DNA of 64,000 nt. It comes from Armatimonadota bacterium. Lineage in GTDB: Bacteria > Vulcanimicrobiota > JACPDS01 > JBDRKI01. Under the pieces are notes generated by a model. That model was not told where the DNA came from. It saw only the letters and a program-made list of their open reading frames with translations, and searched no databases. Made by a program: the position numbers and the translations under genes. The stretch spans positions 32,001 to 96,000 of the forward strand of contig JBDRKI010000102.1 of assembly GCA_043814095.1 (NCBI GenBank). The letters run 5' to 3'. Of the stretch, positions 39,668 through 50,360 are shown in pieces (position 1 is the stretch's first letter; each line of letters opens with the position of its first letter).

Positions 39668-40957
39668 ATGGTAAGTAAACAGGAAGCGCTGGATTATCAT
39701 TCACAGGGAAGGCCGGGCAAAACAGAGGTTGTACCCTCAAAACCGTGTTCAACCCAGAAGGAACTGTCTTTAGCTTATACCCCCGGTGTTGCCGAACCAT
39801 GCAGGGAGATCCATAAAAACCCAGATGATGTATTTAAGTACACGATAAAAGAAAATCTTGTGGCTGTTGTAACGGACGGTACTGCCGTGCTGGGATTAGG
39901 CAATATAGGGGCGCTGGCCGGAAAGCCCGTTATGGAAGGCAAAGGTGTGCTCTTTAAAAAGTTTGCCGATGTTGATGTTTTTGACATAGAACTTGCGACA
40001 AACGACCCCGATGAAATAGTTAAAACAGTTAAGTATATGGAACCTACATTCGGCGGTATAAATTTGGAAGATATCAAAGCCCCAGAATGCTTCTATATTG
40101 AAGAAAAACTTATAGAAGACCTTGATATTCCCGTTTTCCATGATGATCAGCACGGAACGGCTATTATAAGCGGGGCGGCTTTCATTAATGCTCTTGAGCT
40201 GATCGGTAAAAAGATAGAAAAAGTTAAAGTTGTATTTAACGGAGCCGGCGCCGCGGGAATAGCCTGCGCTAAATTTTATTTAAGCTTGGGGCTTAAACCG
40301 GAAAACTTGATTTTATGCGACAGTAAAGGCGTTATATATAAAGGCAGAAAAGAAGGTATGAACCCTTATAAAGAAAGGTTCGCGTCTGATACTCCCAAAA
40401 GAACTTTAGCCGAAGCGATGGAAGGCACTGATGCTTTTGTGGGTGTTTCGGTAAAAGATACGGTAACTCCGGATATGTTAAAATCAATGAACGAAAATCC
40501 CATAATATTCGCCATGGCAAACCCCGATCCCGAAATAACATATGATGCGGCAATATCTGCAAGACCTGATGTTATTATGGCTACGGGAAGAAGCGATTAT
40601 CCGAACCAGGTTAATAATGTACTGGGCTTCCCCTTTATATTCAGAGGGGCCCTTGATGTAAGGGCAGCTGCCATAAACGAAGAGATGAAGCTTGCGGCCG
40701 CTTACGCCCTTGCGAATCTCGCAAAAGAACCTGTCGCTGAAGATATAGCCAAATTATATAATAAAACGGTAATTGAGTTCGGCAGGGAATATATTATCCC
40801 TAAACCGATGGATCCCAGGGTTCTCTTATGGGTTGCCCCGGCAGTAGCAAAAGCCGCCATAGACTCGGGTGTTGCCAGAAAACCCATCAAGAATTTTGAA
40901 GATTATAAAAAAGAGCTAGAATTAAGATTAAATCACTTAAGCAAAGTCTGCGTGTAG
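39668..40957 (+). CDS. NAD(P)-dependent malic enzyme (MaeB-type catalytic part, no PTA domain)
   Basis: [68 protein letters not shown]. Confidence 0.92.
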   Translation: MVSKQEALDYHSQGRPGKTEVVPSKPCSTQKELSLAYTPGVAEPCREIHKNPDDVFKYTIKENLVAVVTDGTAVLGLGNIGALAGKPVMEGKGVLFKKFADVDVFDIELATNDPDEIVKTVKYMEPTFGGINLEDIKAPECFYIEEKLIEDLDIPVFHDDQHGTAIISGAAFINALELIGKKIEKVKVVFNGAGAAGIACAKFYLSLGLKPENLILCDSKGVIYKGRKEGMNPYKERFASDTPKRTLAEAMEGTDAFVGVSVKDTVTPDMLKSMNENPIIFAMANPDPEITYDAAISARPDVIMATGRSDYPNQVNNVLGFPFIFRGALDVRAAAINEEMKLAAAYALANLAKEPVAEDIAKLYNKTVIEFGREYIIPKPMDPRVLLWVAPAVAKAAIDSGVARKPIKNFEDYKKELELRLNHLSKVCV

Positions 40958-41000
40958 CTGGCAAAAGCTGATATCCTGTAGACAGATATTATAAAATGTT

Positions 41001-41042
41001 GTAAAATCTGTAAATCATAAACTGATTTACAGATTTTACTTT
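41001..41042 (+). terminator. Intrinsic terminator hairpin
   Basis: Perfect 17-bp inverted repeat GTAAAATCTGTAAATCA-N5-TGATTTACAGATTTTAC followed by TTT. Confidence 0.7.
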
Positions 41043-41060
41043 AATAAGGTTTATTGCAGG

Positions 41061-42659
41061 ATGAAAAATAAACATAAAATTTATCTGTTAATATTAATAT
41101 TTTTATCAGTACTGCTGCTTTTCTTCCGTCTAGGAGATTACAGTTTATGGGATACCGACGAACCCCTGTACTCCCAGATGGCAAGGGAATTCAATTACCA
41201 TAATGACCTTCTTACCCTTTACTGGAACGGCGAGCCCTGGTTCTGTCATCCCCCGTTATACATGTGGCTTACAATGGTAAGCGGGAATCTGTTCGGCTGG
41301 AATGAATTTGCCGTGAGGTTTCCTTCCGCTTTATTCGGCGTTCTTATAATTATTCTCACTTATTTTATGGGTAAAAGATTTTACAATGAAGATGTGGGAT
41401 TCCTGTCGGGTTTGATTTTAATGACATCTCTTCAGGTATTTGTTCAAGGCAGGTTATCCAATTTAGATACTCTCTTTACGTTTTTCCTTATGCTCTCAAC
41501 TTATGCCTGTTATGCGGGGGTTACGGATAACTCCCGTAGGTATATACTGTTTTTCTGGCTTTCATGCGCTTTGGGAACTCTGGCTAAGGGGCCTTTCGCT
41601 CTATGCCTCCCCTTGGGCCTTATATTCCTATGGCTTTTCTCTACAAAGAAACTGAAGGAATTTAAAAAGGTATTTATATATGAAGGCATCATAGCTTATG
41701 TTATTTTAGGCGGCTTCTGGTATATAGCGGGGCTTATTAAATACAAAACAGAATTTTACAATTTAGTATTTAAATATTTTATATTCCAGAGGGTTACAAC
41801 AGCGGTAATGGACCAGAGCGGCCCTGTTTATTTTTACATACTCATATTTATAGCGGGATTCTTACCCTGGGTTTTCCTTTTCGTGCCTGCCGTTATTGAT
41901 TACTTTAAGAACAGGAAAAATGAAATTTCTGTTTTCTTGCTTATATGGGCGGTTATACCGTTTTTATTCTTCTCGCTTGTCCAGACAAAACTGCCCAATT
42001 ACATATTATTCATATACCCCGCATGCGCTATTATGCTTGCTAACTATTTTTACAACTACATTTACATTAAAGACTTAAAAACTTCGCTTTTGATATCTTT
42101 AATAGTTTACACTTTATTTTACACGGCGGTTATTACTTCTTTCGTGCTTCTTGCAAGCGGGAAATATCCCAATGAATATATGGCGGCGCGCGGGCACCTG
42201 CTTCCCCTTTTATACATAATAATAGGCACTGCTTTATTCAGCTGGTTTTTCTTTGCATTCAATAAGAGGAAATACGTGCTCCCCGCGATCATAGCGGGAA
42301 CTTTTATACTTTACCTTTCGATTGTCAACATGGCCGTGTATATTGACCAGTTTAAACCCGTAAAGCCCATAGCATTGAAGATAAAAAGCTTAAAGTCGCC
42401 TTCCGAAAAAATGATAGTATTCACAGAGAAGTTTAATAACAGCGCAAGCTTTGTATTTTACATGAACGAAAAGATTACATTCATGGAAAAGATTGATGAA
42501 CTTAAGGAATTTTTAAATAATAATCCCGGAGCTTATATCCTTATAAAAAGAGGCATTAATAACGGTGGTGACAGATATTACCAGCTTAAAACGGAAATGC
42601 CGGGAATAAAAACAGTATTCGTTAATGACGGTTATGTGGTCTGCAGGGCTACAGATTAG
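41061..42659 (+). CDS. ArnT/PMT-like membrane glycosyltransferase
   Basis: WDTDEPLY..MARE, HPPLYMW, VRFPSAL, L.KGP, K.PNYIL..YP; many TM segments. Confidence 0.87.
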   Translation: MKNKHKIYLLILIFLSVLLLFFRLGDYSLWDTDEPLYSQMAREFNYHNDLLTLYWNGEPWFCHPPLYMWLTMVSGNLFGWNEFAVRFPSALFGVLIIILTYFMGKRFYNEDVGFLSGLILMTSLQVFVQGRLSNLDTLFTFFLMLSTYACYAGVTDNSRRYILFFWLSCALGTLAKGPFALCLPLGLIFLWLFSTKKLKEFKKVFIYEGIIAYVILGGFWYIAGLIKYKTEFYNLVFKYFIFQRVTTAVMDQSGPVYFYILIFIAGFLPWVFLFVPAVIDYFKNRKNEISVFLLIWAVIPFLFFSLVQTKLPNYILFIYPACAIMLANYFYNYIYIKDLKTSLLISLIVYTLFYTAVITSFVLLASGKYPNEYMAARGHLLPLLYIIIGTALFSWFFFAFNKRKYVLPAIIAGTFILYLSIVNMAVYIDQFKPVKPIALKIKSLKSPSEKMIVFTEKFNNSASFVFYMNEKITFMEKIDELKEFLNNNPGAYILIKRGINNGGDRYYQLKTEMPGIKTVFVNDGYVVCRATD

Positions 42660-43599
42660 CCCTTTTAGCTATTTGTTCGTCTATATATATTATTATTTCG
42701 GAAGGTCCCCAGCTTGTAACAAGCAGGTTTATCCTGTCACCGCTTGAATGAGTGCTTTCATATATGGTCTGAGGTCCCGTAAGATCGTTTAATACGGCCT
42801 TTACATTCATTTTTTTGCTGGATGCGGGGACTACAAAGATTATATTGTCCTGTTTTAATTTTAAATCAATATATCTTGTACCCGCGCTTATTTTAAAAGA
42901 TACGTTCGTGCCCGGATAAACGAGCTCATCTTCATTAATGCTCTGCCATAGAATCTGGCCTAAGTCTTCTTCGTCGCTGTATTCCCATTTAATACTGCCT
43001 GTTTTAAGTTTTAAATCCTCCATTTTGCTTCTTGCGTCTTTTATATTCATACCCGCAAATTTAGGTACTCTCACGGAAGGCTGTCCGCCCGAGTTAACGG
43101 TTACGTCAACTTTAGTGCCTTTTTTTACTCTTGAACCTGGGAGAGGGTTCTGGTTGAATATCTGCTCCTGTTCAACCGTATTATCCTGGCCCTTTTCCAC
43201 TTTGCCTGCATCAAGCATATAGTTTGAAAGCATTATTTTGCCTTCCCTTAAAGTAAGGCCTATTAATTTCGGAACTTCGCATAAATCGGGGCCGCTGCTT
43301 ACTACAACAAGTATATCGCGCCCTTTTTTTACTTTTACGCCGGCAAGAGGCTCCTGTGATATCACGGTGTTTTCTGGCAGTTTGTTATCATATCTTGAAT
43401 CAACAACCATAATACTCAAATGTTTTGATTTTAAGGTTTTTTCCGCGTCATCTACCGAAATACTTGTAACATTAGGCACTTCAATTTCGCCTGTGGTGCC
43501 CCAGAAAGTGTAGAACATATTAAACAGAAACCATACAAAGAAAATGACCGATATTATGATAAATCCGTACAGTAATCCTTTTTTAACAGATTCTCCCAT
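42649..43599 (-). CDS. Membrane-anchored PASTA-domain protein (3 PASTA repeats)
   Basis: N-terminal TM; three VPxxxG...Q.P..G..V repeats. Confidence 0.88.
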   Translation of the reverse strand: MGESVKKGLLYGFIIISVIFFVWFLFNMFYTFWGTTGEIEVPNVTSISVDDAEKTLKSKHLSIMVVDSRYDNKLPENTVISQEPLAGVKVKKGRDILVVVSSGPDLCEVPKLIGLTLREGKIMLSNYMLDAGKVEKGQDNTVEQEQIFNQNPLPGSRVKKGTKVDVTVNSGGQPSVRVPKFAGMNIKDARSKMEDLKLKTGSIKWEYSDEEDLGQILWQSINEDELVYPGTNVSFKISAGTRYIDLKLKQDNIIFVVPASSKKMNVKAVLNDLTGPQTIYESTHSSGDRINLLVTSWGPSEIIIYIDEQIAKRANL

Positions 43600-43611
43600 A
43601 GCATTTCTCCT

Positions 43612-45615
43612 TTACTTAACCACTATTAAATCAATCTTCTGGCCGGCAGGCACTTCCATTCCTGATTTCGGGTCCTGTTCAATAACAGTTCCCGATTTAG
43701 CTATTGAAGATTTTAAATATTCCACTTTGCCGAGAGCAAAACCGGCATTTTTTATAAGCGATTCGGCTTCGTCTTTTGACTTACCGATAAGATCAGGCAC
43801 TACTATTGTCGAAGCAAGTTTTACTTTTACAATATTGCCCTTCATAAGGGCGCCGACTTCGGGGTCCTGCATTATAATCTGAGAGTTATCGTTAATTTTA
43901 TCCCCGTTTTCAATAATTATAAGGTCTAAACCCAGTTCATTAACTTCCTGTTTTGCTTCATTTAAGCCGAGCCCTATTAAATTAGGGGCGGTTAAATTCT
44001 CAAATCCCGAGCTTAAATACAGTTTTATCTTTTTATCTTCGGGAATGGCCCGTTTAGGCTTAGGATCCTGGTCTATCACATTGCCTTTGGGTATTTTAGC
44101 AGAAGGCTTCTCCCCTGCTATTTCATAATCCAGGTTAAAATCTTTTAATATTTTTTCCGCTTCTTCCAGCGTAAGATCGGTTAAATTGGGAACGGCTTTA
44201 GCGAAAGCACCCTGGCTTACCTCAAAATATACCGTGTCTTTCTGCGCTATTTCCTCGCCGGGTGCCGGTCTCTGAGCAATAATTATGCCTTCGGGAACGT
44301 CCTTATTTATGACTTCTTTTATGACCCTGAATTTTAAATCCATGCCGTTTAGAATGGTTTCAGCGTCTTTTATGTTTTTGCCTATAAAATTAGGAACCTT
44401 TAAACCCGCGATACCCTTGCTTAAAATAACAAGTACGGGAGTGTTTATATTAAGCTTTCTGCCCCATTCTGGGTACTGTTTTATAATTCTTCCCGTCTCT
44501 ACTGTGTCGCTGAACTCTTCACCCTGCACTTTAATTTTAAGTCCCGCATTCTCGGTCGCCGTTAAAGCTTCGGCGTAGTTCATATTTACAAGGTTGGGCA
44601 CGTCAACTTTTTCCGTTAAACTGTTTATAACAAAATACGCGCCTGCCAGTAAAAGGATAAGCACTATGAATAATCCTATATAATTTCTTTTTTTAGACGG
44701 TTTCTTATCATGCCTTTCACTTCTTTTTTCAAATTTTACTTCTTCGTCTTTAAGCTTTAAAGCCGGCTTTATAATGGTATTTTCAAGCTTTACGGTTAAA
44801 AGTTTCTCCAGCGCCCTGTTAAAGTCTGTATAAAATTCATCTATATTTTTATATCTGTCCAGCGGGTTTTTGCTTAAAGCTTTTAATATGCAGTCATCTA
44901 TCTCCGTGCTTAGTTTAGGATTTATTTCAGACGGTTTTGGGGGTGTTTCTTTTACATGCTTTAAAGCCACCGTAACGGCGTTATCGCCTTCAAAGGGGAG
45001 CTTCCCGGTAAGGAGCTGGTATGCAAGAACACCCAGTGAATACACGTCCGAGGCAGGTGTTATCTCCTTGCCCTGCGCCTGTTCGGGCGAGAAATAAAAA
45101 ACAGAGCCCAGCATTGTACCCTGGGTGACCGTTTCGGTCTGGGTTATCCTTGCTATGCCGAAATCCGTAACCTTTATATTCCCTTCATCGTCTATTAAAA
45201 CGTTTGAAGGCTTTATATCCCTGTGTATAATGCCTTTAGTGTGTGCGTAAGCTATCGCGGAAGACACGTCTTTTATTATCTTAAGGGTTTCATTAAATTC
45301 TAAAACTTTTTTTGTCTCAAGGTAGTCTTTAAGATTCTCAGCGTTTATATATTCAAGAGCAAGAAAAATTAAGCCGTTATCTTCGGCAATATCATAAACA
45401 TTTATTATATTGGGATGGGATAAAGCCGCGTAAGCCCGGGCTTCGTTTTTAAATCTTAATATGAAATTTTTATCTTTTGAATACTCCGTCCGGAGTATTT
45501 TTAAAGCCACCCAGCGTCCTAGTTTTGTATCCTTGGCTTTATAGACAACAGCCATCCCGCCGTCGCCTATTTTTTTAACTATCTCGTAACGGTTCTGAAT
45601 AGTTTTTCCCAGCAT
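43612..45615 (-). CDS. pknB: Ser/Thr kinase PknB/PrkC with 5 PASTA repeats
   Basis: GDGGMAVV, VALK, HRDIKPSN, DFGIA, SPEQ; TM segment; five PASTA repeats. Confidence 0.93.
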   Translation of the reverse strand: MLGKTIQNRYEIVKKIGDGGMAVVYKAKDTKLGRWVALKILRTEYSKDKNFILRFKNEARAYAALSHPNIINVYDIAEDNGLIFLALEYINAENLKDYLETKKVLEFNETLKIIKDVSSAIAYAHTKGIIHRDIKPSNVLIDDEGNIKVTDFGIARITQTETVTQGTMLGSVFYFSPEQAQGKEITPASDVYSLGVLAYQLLTGKLPFEGDNAVTVALKHVKETPPKPSEINPKLSTEIDDCILKALSKNPLDRYKNIDEFYTDFNRALEKLLTVKLENTIIKPALKLKDEEVKFEKRSERHDKKPSKKRNYIGLFIVLILLLAGAYFVINSLTEKVDVPNLVNMNYAEALTATENAGLKIKVQGEEFSDTVETGRIIKQYPEWGRKLNINTPVLVILSKGIAGLKVPNFIGKNIKDAETILNGMDLKFRVIKEVINKDVPEGIIIAQRPAPGEEIAQKDTVYFEVSQGAFAKAVPNLTDLTLEEAEKILKDFNLDYEIAGEKPSAKIPKGNVIDQDPKPKRAIPEDKKIKLYLSSGFENLTAPNLIGLGLNEAKQEVNELGLDLIIIENGDKINDNSQIIMQDPEVGALMKGNIVKVKLASTIVVPDLIGKSKDEAESLIKNAGFALGKVEYLKSSIAKSGTVIEQDPKSGMEVPAGQKIDLIVVK

Positions 45616-45625
45616 ATTAAACCTC

Positions 45626-47029
45626 TTATCTCAAGGCGGTTTCCAGTACTCTCCTCGCGATCGGCGCCGCCGTAACTCCGCCGTATCCGCCGTTTTCCAC
45701 TATCACGCAGACCAGAACTTCGGGATCTTCAGCGGGAGCAAATCCGATAAACCACGCGTGCTCTATCCCACCGGGGTTTTCAGCAGTTCCTGTTTTACCG
45801 GCAACCGATACCCCCTGTATTTTCGCGCGCGTACCTGTGCCTTTATTGACTGCATCGACCATTATATTTTTTACTGTTTCCGCTGTATTTTTGTCTATAG
45901 GATTATACAATATTCTGGATTTATTTACAAATATTTTATTAAAGTTTTTATCTATAACTTCTTTTAATAAATAAGGCTTCATGATTTTTCCTTCATTCGC
46001 GACGGCACTGACAACCATAGCCATCTGAAGAGGGGTTATTACAATTTCTCCCTGCCCGAACCCGCTTTGAGCAAGCACACCGCTGTAAAAGGTATCTTTT
46101 CTTGAGATATGAGCTCTCTCAACAGGTACCTCTAACGGCACTTTTTTTGTTATACCGAATCTCTTAGCGTATTTTATGAAAAGGTCCGGCCCGATTGTAA
46201 GGGCTATATCCGCAAAAGCGATATTGCACGAATATATAAGGGTTTCGGAATAATTAAGACGCCCGTGCGCGGCATCATGAGCTTCATGAAGGGTGTATTT
46301 TCCCACTTTGTAGTATCCCGGACAGTTAATAGAGTAAGTCTCATCTATTGAAGCCGAATCAAGAGCCGCTGAAAGGGTGAATACTTTAAAAGTAGATCCC
46401 GGCGGGTATACGCTCTCCGTGCACCTGTCTATTAAAGGAGCGCTTTTATCTTCTATAAGATACTGCCATTCGGAATTAAGTTTGTTGGGGTTAAAACCAG
46501 GGGAAGACGCAAGAGCTAGAACCTCCCCTGTTTTGGGATTTATAGCTACTACAGCGCCTTTTTTACCGTTAATAAGTTCATATGCTTTTAACTGTACCTT
46601 TTCATCTATGGTTAATATACAGTCAAACCCGCTCCATGCTTCTTCTTTCAAAAAGCGTTTTAATTTAAATAAAGAATCTACTCTGCTGTCAAAAAGAAGG
46701 TAGCTGTTCAGATATTTTTCAAGGCCTGATTTTCCGTAAATTAAATTATCATAACCGACCAGCTGGGCTATGGCATAAGAATAAGGGTAAAACCTTTCCC
46801 ATTCATCCGGATTATCCGCGTCCTGCCTGCTGAAAGCAAGTGTTTTCATGTTGGCGGAGTATATATCGCCGCGTCTGGCAATATTTTCTTTTAATCTGGG
46901 GTCAGACGCCAGGTTATGCAGTTTTCCGGAAGCGAAGAACTGGATATAGGCAAGATAAAGAATAAGGATTACAAATATTATGCCGAAAAGTTTATACAGT
47001 TTTTTAATATTTTTATCTATATTATTCAT
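45626..47029 (-). CDS. Class B penicillin-binding protein (PbpA-like)
   Basis: RG.I, PGSTFK (SxxK), SCN (SxN), KTGTAE, HAWF. Confidence 0.92.
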   Translation of the reverse strand: MNNIDKNIKKLYKLFGIIFVILILYLAYIQFFASGKLHNLASDPRLKENIARRGDIYSANMKTLAFSRQDADNPDEWERFYPYSYAIAQLVGYDNLIYGKSGLEKYLNSYLLFDSRVDSLFKLKRFLKEEAWSGFDCILTIDEKVQLKAYELINGKKGAVVAINPKTGEVLALASSPGFNPNKLNSEWQYLIEDKSAPLIDRCTESVYPPGSTFKVFTLSAALDSASIDETYSINCPGYYKVGKYTLHEAHDAAHGRLNYSETLIYSCNIAFADIALTIGPDLFIKYAKRFGITKKVPLEVPVERAHISRKDTFYSGVLAQSGFGQGEIVITPLQMAMVVSAVANEGKIMKPYLLKEVIDKNFNKIFVNKSRILYNPIDKNTAETVKNIMVDAVNKGTGTRAKIQGVSVAGKTGTAENPGGIEHAWFIGFAPAEDPEVLVCVIVENGGYGGVTAAPIARRVLETALR

Positions 47030-47054
47030 TCTTTACTCTTTCCCTGATTCGGTT

Positions 47055-48329
47055 TTATTTGGCCTTTTCTTTTTCTTCATGAGTATTTCTGGCTATTACC
47101 GTCAGTAAACCCAGAATAATAAAATTTGAAACTATGGATGATCCGCCGTAGCTTACAAAGGGGAGTGTTATTCCTGTCAGAGGTATAATCTTTAAATTGC
47201 CGGCGATAATAACTATGGACTGCCATGCGATTATCGCTGTTAATCCTGCGGAAAGCAGTTTCCCGAAGCTTTCTTTAACATTGATACTTACTTTAAAAGC
47301 TTTCCCTATGAACAAAAGATAAAGGATTATAAGGGCAGTGGCGCCTAAAAATCCCATCTCTTCAGATATGGCGCTGAATATAAAGTCGGTCTGCACGGCG
47401 GGCACGTAATACGGTTTGCCCATGCCCAGTCCCGTGCCGAATAATCCCCCTGCGGTTATTGAAAAAAGCCCTTGTATAATCTGGTGCCCCATGCCGTAAG
47501 GATCGCTCCAGGGATTTAACCAGCTTATAAACCTTACCTTTATGTGGGCAAACGCCCTGTAGCACAGGTAAGATCCGCCGGCAAAAAGCATTATGCTTGT
47601 TACCATGATATCTTTCCTGGACGTGCTTAAATAAAACATAGTGATAAAGATACTGAACAGCAGAAGCGCCATACCCATATCTTTTTGCAGGACTATTATG
47701 AACATGCATAAAAGCCACATTACAAATACGGGTATCATGTATTTGAAAGTTGATATCCTTGTAAGGCTGTATCTGGCGCTTAAGTATTCTTTGTATTCCG
47801 ATAAATAATAAGCCAGGAAAATAACAAGAAGTATTTTAATTATCTCAGAAGGCTGGAAGTAAAAAAATCCCAAATCAAACCACAGTTTTGCGTAATTTAT
47901 TTCCGTTCCCCATACCGAGACCATAACCTGCAGGATTATACCTATTATCAGGAACAAATAGCTGTAATTTGCCAGTGATCTGTAATTTTTAAGGAGTAGA
48001 ACTATAAAAAAGTATATTAATATCCCTATAATAAGCCAGTTTATCTGCTTATAAAATAACAGGTCGCTTATTCTGTATAATTCAATAAGCCCTATATTTG
48101 AAATAAAAATTGCCAGCGGAAAAAGATAGCTTTCATAATTTTTCTTTAAAGCGGAAAGCGCGGAACTTGCGAGCAGCGCCACTAAAAAGTAAAAGAGCGA
48201 TACCGCCATCGCATTAATGTCTATTTTCTGCCTTACGGCCAGCGACGTTAATATTAGTCCGGTATATAATATAATAAAAGCGTATATCAGAAACCTTAGT
48301 TCAAGCTGTCTTATTGATAATTTTTTCAT
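47055..48329 (-). CDS. SEDS family peptidoglycan polymerase (RodA/FtsW)
   Basis: FQPSE..K, QKDMG, GG..G.G.G.G, TDFIFSAISEE.G, PLTGITLPFVSYGGSS. Confidence 0.93.
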   Translation of the reverse strand: MKKLSIRQLELRFLIYAFIILYTGLILTSLAVRQKIDINAMAVSLFYFLVALLASSALSALKKNYESYLFPLAIFISNIGLIELYRISDLLFYKQINWLIIGILIYFFIVLLLKNYRSLANYSYLFLIIGIILQVMVSVWGTEINYAKLWFDLGFFYFQPSEIIKILLVIFLAYYLSEYKEYLSARYSLTRISTFKYMIPVFVMWLLCMFIIVLQKDMGMALLLFSIFITMFYLSTSRKDIMVTSIMLFAGGSYLCYRAFAHIKVRFISWLNPWSDPYGMGHQIIQGLFSITAGGLFGTGLGMGKPYYVPAVQTDFIFSAISEEMGFLGATALIILYLLFIGKAFKVSINVKESFGKLLSAGLTAIIAWQSIVIIAGNLKIIPLTGITLPFVSYGGSSIVSNFIILGLLTVIARNTHEEKEKAK

Positions 48330-48332
48330 AAT

Positions 48333-48767
48333 TTAATAAATGCTAACCCTGATCTGCACATCTCCTAAATTTATTATGTCTTGGTCCTTCAATCTTAAAG
48401 ATTTAGCTACCAGTTTATTGTTAACAAATGTCCCGTTTGTTGAATCCAGGTCCTCAATATAGTAAACCTCATTAAGTTTTTTAATCTTAAGGTGAGCGCC
48501 TGAAATATATTTATCCACAACCACAATGTCATTGTGCATCTCACGGCCCAGCGTTATCTCCAGAAGAGCATCCAGATCCTTTTTGATCAGCTTTATCTTA
48601 TCAGATCCTTTTATTACTTCAAGTCTTAATCTTACTGTTTTATCAGACTCATCGCGGGATGAAGGTGCTGCTTCTATATCTTTCTGTATGGTATTTATTA
48701 TGTTCTGTATGAATAAAAATATGAGAAGTATAAACGCTATTCTTATTATATAAAGCAAAAGTTCCAT
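48333..48767 (-). CDS. Membrane-anchored FHA protein (FhaB-like)
   Basis: N-terminal TM; LGR, ISGAH, DLDSTNGTFVN. Confidence 0.88.
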   Translation of the reverse strand: MELLLYIIRIAFILLIFLFIQNIINTIQKDIEAAPSSRDESDKTVRLRLEVIKGSDKIKLIKKDLDALLEITLGREMHNDIVVVDKYISGAHLKIKKLNEVYYIEDLDSTNGTFVNNKLVAKSLRLKDQDIINLGDVQIRVSIY

Positions 48768-48782
48768 GATATTGTTCCTTTC

Positions 48783-49235
48783 TTATTCAAGCATGGAGTT
48801 TAATTTACTACGCATTCTTTCATAATGGGTACCCGTCCAGTAAATTCTGCCGCATCCGGCGCATATTGAAAATTCATTTTTGGTTTTAGCCGTATATGGT
48901 GGAATTTTATCAATTATTTCCTCTTTGTCAATATCTTTGAGGAGTTTGTTGCATACAGTGCATCTTGAGAAAAAACAGAATTCTTCTTTTGTTATATTAA
49001 ATTCGAAAAACAGCTGTTTTATCTGTTTATCCAGATCATCATGATTTATAAAGCACATTTTTATTGTTTTAAGATTCTTATATTTATTATCCCTTGTAAG
49101 CAGAATCCTGTCTTCTTTTTTCGCGGAAAAATAAAGATCTGTATCTTTCGAGTCTTTCACGTATTCGGTGTCAAACCCGCAGATCCTGAGCCATTTGGCA
49201 AGCTTGCCCAGCATAGAGTCTAAAAGAAATTTCAC
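48783..49235 (-). CDS. Mut7-C RNase (PIN-like, DUF82) domain protein
   Basis: FLLDSMLGKLAKWLR..GFD, RILLTRD, SRC..CN, C..CGRIYW.GTH. Confidence 0.88.
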   Translation of the reverse strand: MKFLLDSMLGKLAKWLRICGFDTEYVKDSKDTDLYFSAKKEDRILLTRDNKYKNLKTIKMCFINHDDLDKQIKQLFFEFNITKEEFCFFSRCTVCNKLLKDIDKEEIIDKIPPYTAKTKNEFSICAGCGRIYWTGTHYERMRSKLNSMLE

Positions 49236-50246
49236 TTATTTAATCCCGCTTAAAAATTTAGCCGCTTCTTCAGGCGCAGTAGTATTTATATACATCCCTG
49301 TCCCGAGTTCAAACCCGGCCGGAGTTGTGATACGCGGCGTTATCTGCAGGTGCCAGTGATATGAATCCGAGTGTTTCTCCGGCACCATAAGACTGTGCAG
49401 TGTAAGGTTATAACTCGGATCAGAGAGACATTTGGATAATCTTAACAAAGTTTCTTTAAGTATCCATGCCAGGTCTTTTCTCTGCTTCTGCGTTGAACAT
49501 GCGAATGAGGAATCGTGTTTTCTGGGGAGAATCCATATCTCAAACGGATATTTTGAGAAAAACGGGCATATGCTTATGAAAGAATCATTTTCACAGACTT
49601 TACGCTCTCCGGCCTGGTCCTCAAACTGTATTATCCGGCAGTAGGGGCAGTCTTCCTCGTATTCGTAATAAAGAGTCGCCCCCTTAATATCAAGAAAAAC
49701 ATCTTTGGGTATGACAGGCGTTGCAATAAGCTGTGAATGGGGGTGTGAAAGAGATGTTCCTGCCTCGGGTCCGTGATTCCTGAATATTATTATATGCCTG
49801 AGGTTTTTTCTGTTAGAAAGTTCTGTATACCTTTTATAATACACGGTTATTATGCTTTCTATCTGGTTTAAATCCATAAGAGTTATATCCGTGAAATGAT
49901 CGGGGCTTTCAATAATTACCTCATGCTCCCCCACCCCGTTTGATATAACGTATACTCCTTCGGAATGTTTTTTAAGCTCTCCCCGGCTTACAAGAGCAGG
50001 GTATTTATTCGGGACAACCCTTACATCCCAGTCATATTTATTTTTTGATTTGCCGTTTTTATAGGAAAGTATGATATCAGGGGTCATGCTTTCATTTCCG
50101 GGGCAGAAAGGACACTTTTTTAATATCTCTTCCTTGTCTGTTACGATCTTTACATGGTTTTTTTTGAACTCTTCGGGACGGATACTCCTTTCCTTGGAGA
50201 TTATAACCCATTCCCTTGTAATTATATTCTTGCGCAGTTCCGGCAT
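49236..50246 (-). CDS. galT: Galactose-1-phosphate uridylyltransferase (HIT family)
   Basis: ELR.....EWVII..ER..RP, CPFCPGNE, PNKYP, GTSLSHPHSQ, YHWH, AGFELGTG. Confidence 0.88.
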   Translation of the reverse strand: MPELRKNIITREWVIISKERSIRPEEFKKNHVKIVTDKEEILKKCPFCPGNESMTPDIILSYKNGKSKNKYDWDVRVVPNKYPALVSRGELKKHSEGVYVISNGVGEHEVIIESPDHFTDITLMDLNQIESIITVYYKRYTELSNRKNLRHIIIFRNHGPEAGTSLSHPHSQLIATPVIPKDVFLDIKGATLYYEYEEDCPYCRIIQFEDQAGERKVCENDSFISICPFFSKYPFEIWILPRKHDSSFACSTQKQRKDLAWILKETLLRLSKCLSDPSYNLTLHSLMVPEKHSDSYHWHLQITPRITTPAGFELGTGMYINTTAPEEAAKFLSGIK

Positions 50247-50291
50247 AAATAGTCCCCTTTTTATTATAATAAATAATTTAATGCTTAAAGC

Positions 50292-50321
50292 TTGACGCTT
50301 AAGCCCGCCTAATGTTATAAT
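50292..50321 (+). promoter_or_regulatory. Sigma-70 promoter for rpsT
   Basis: TTGACG-N18-TATAAT with extended -10 TGTTATAAT. Confidence 0.65.
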
Positions 50322-50360
50322 AACTTATCTTTTTATAGAAAAAATCCTTTGGAGGGATAA

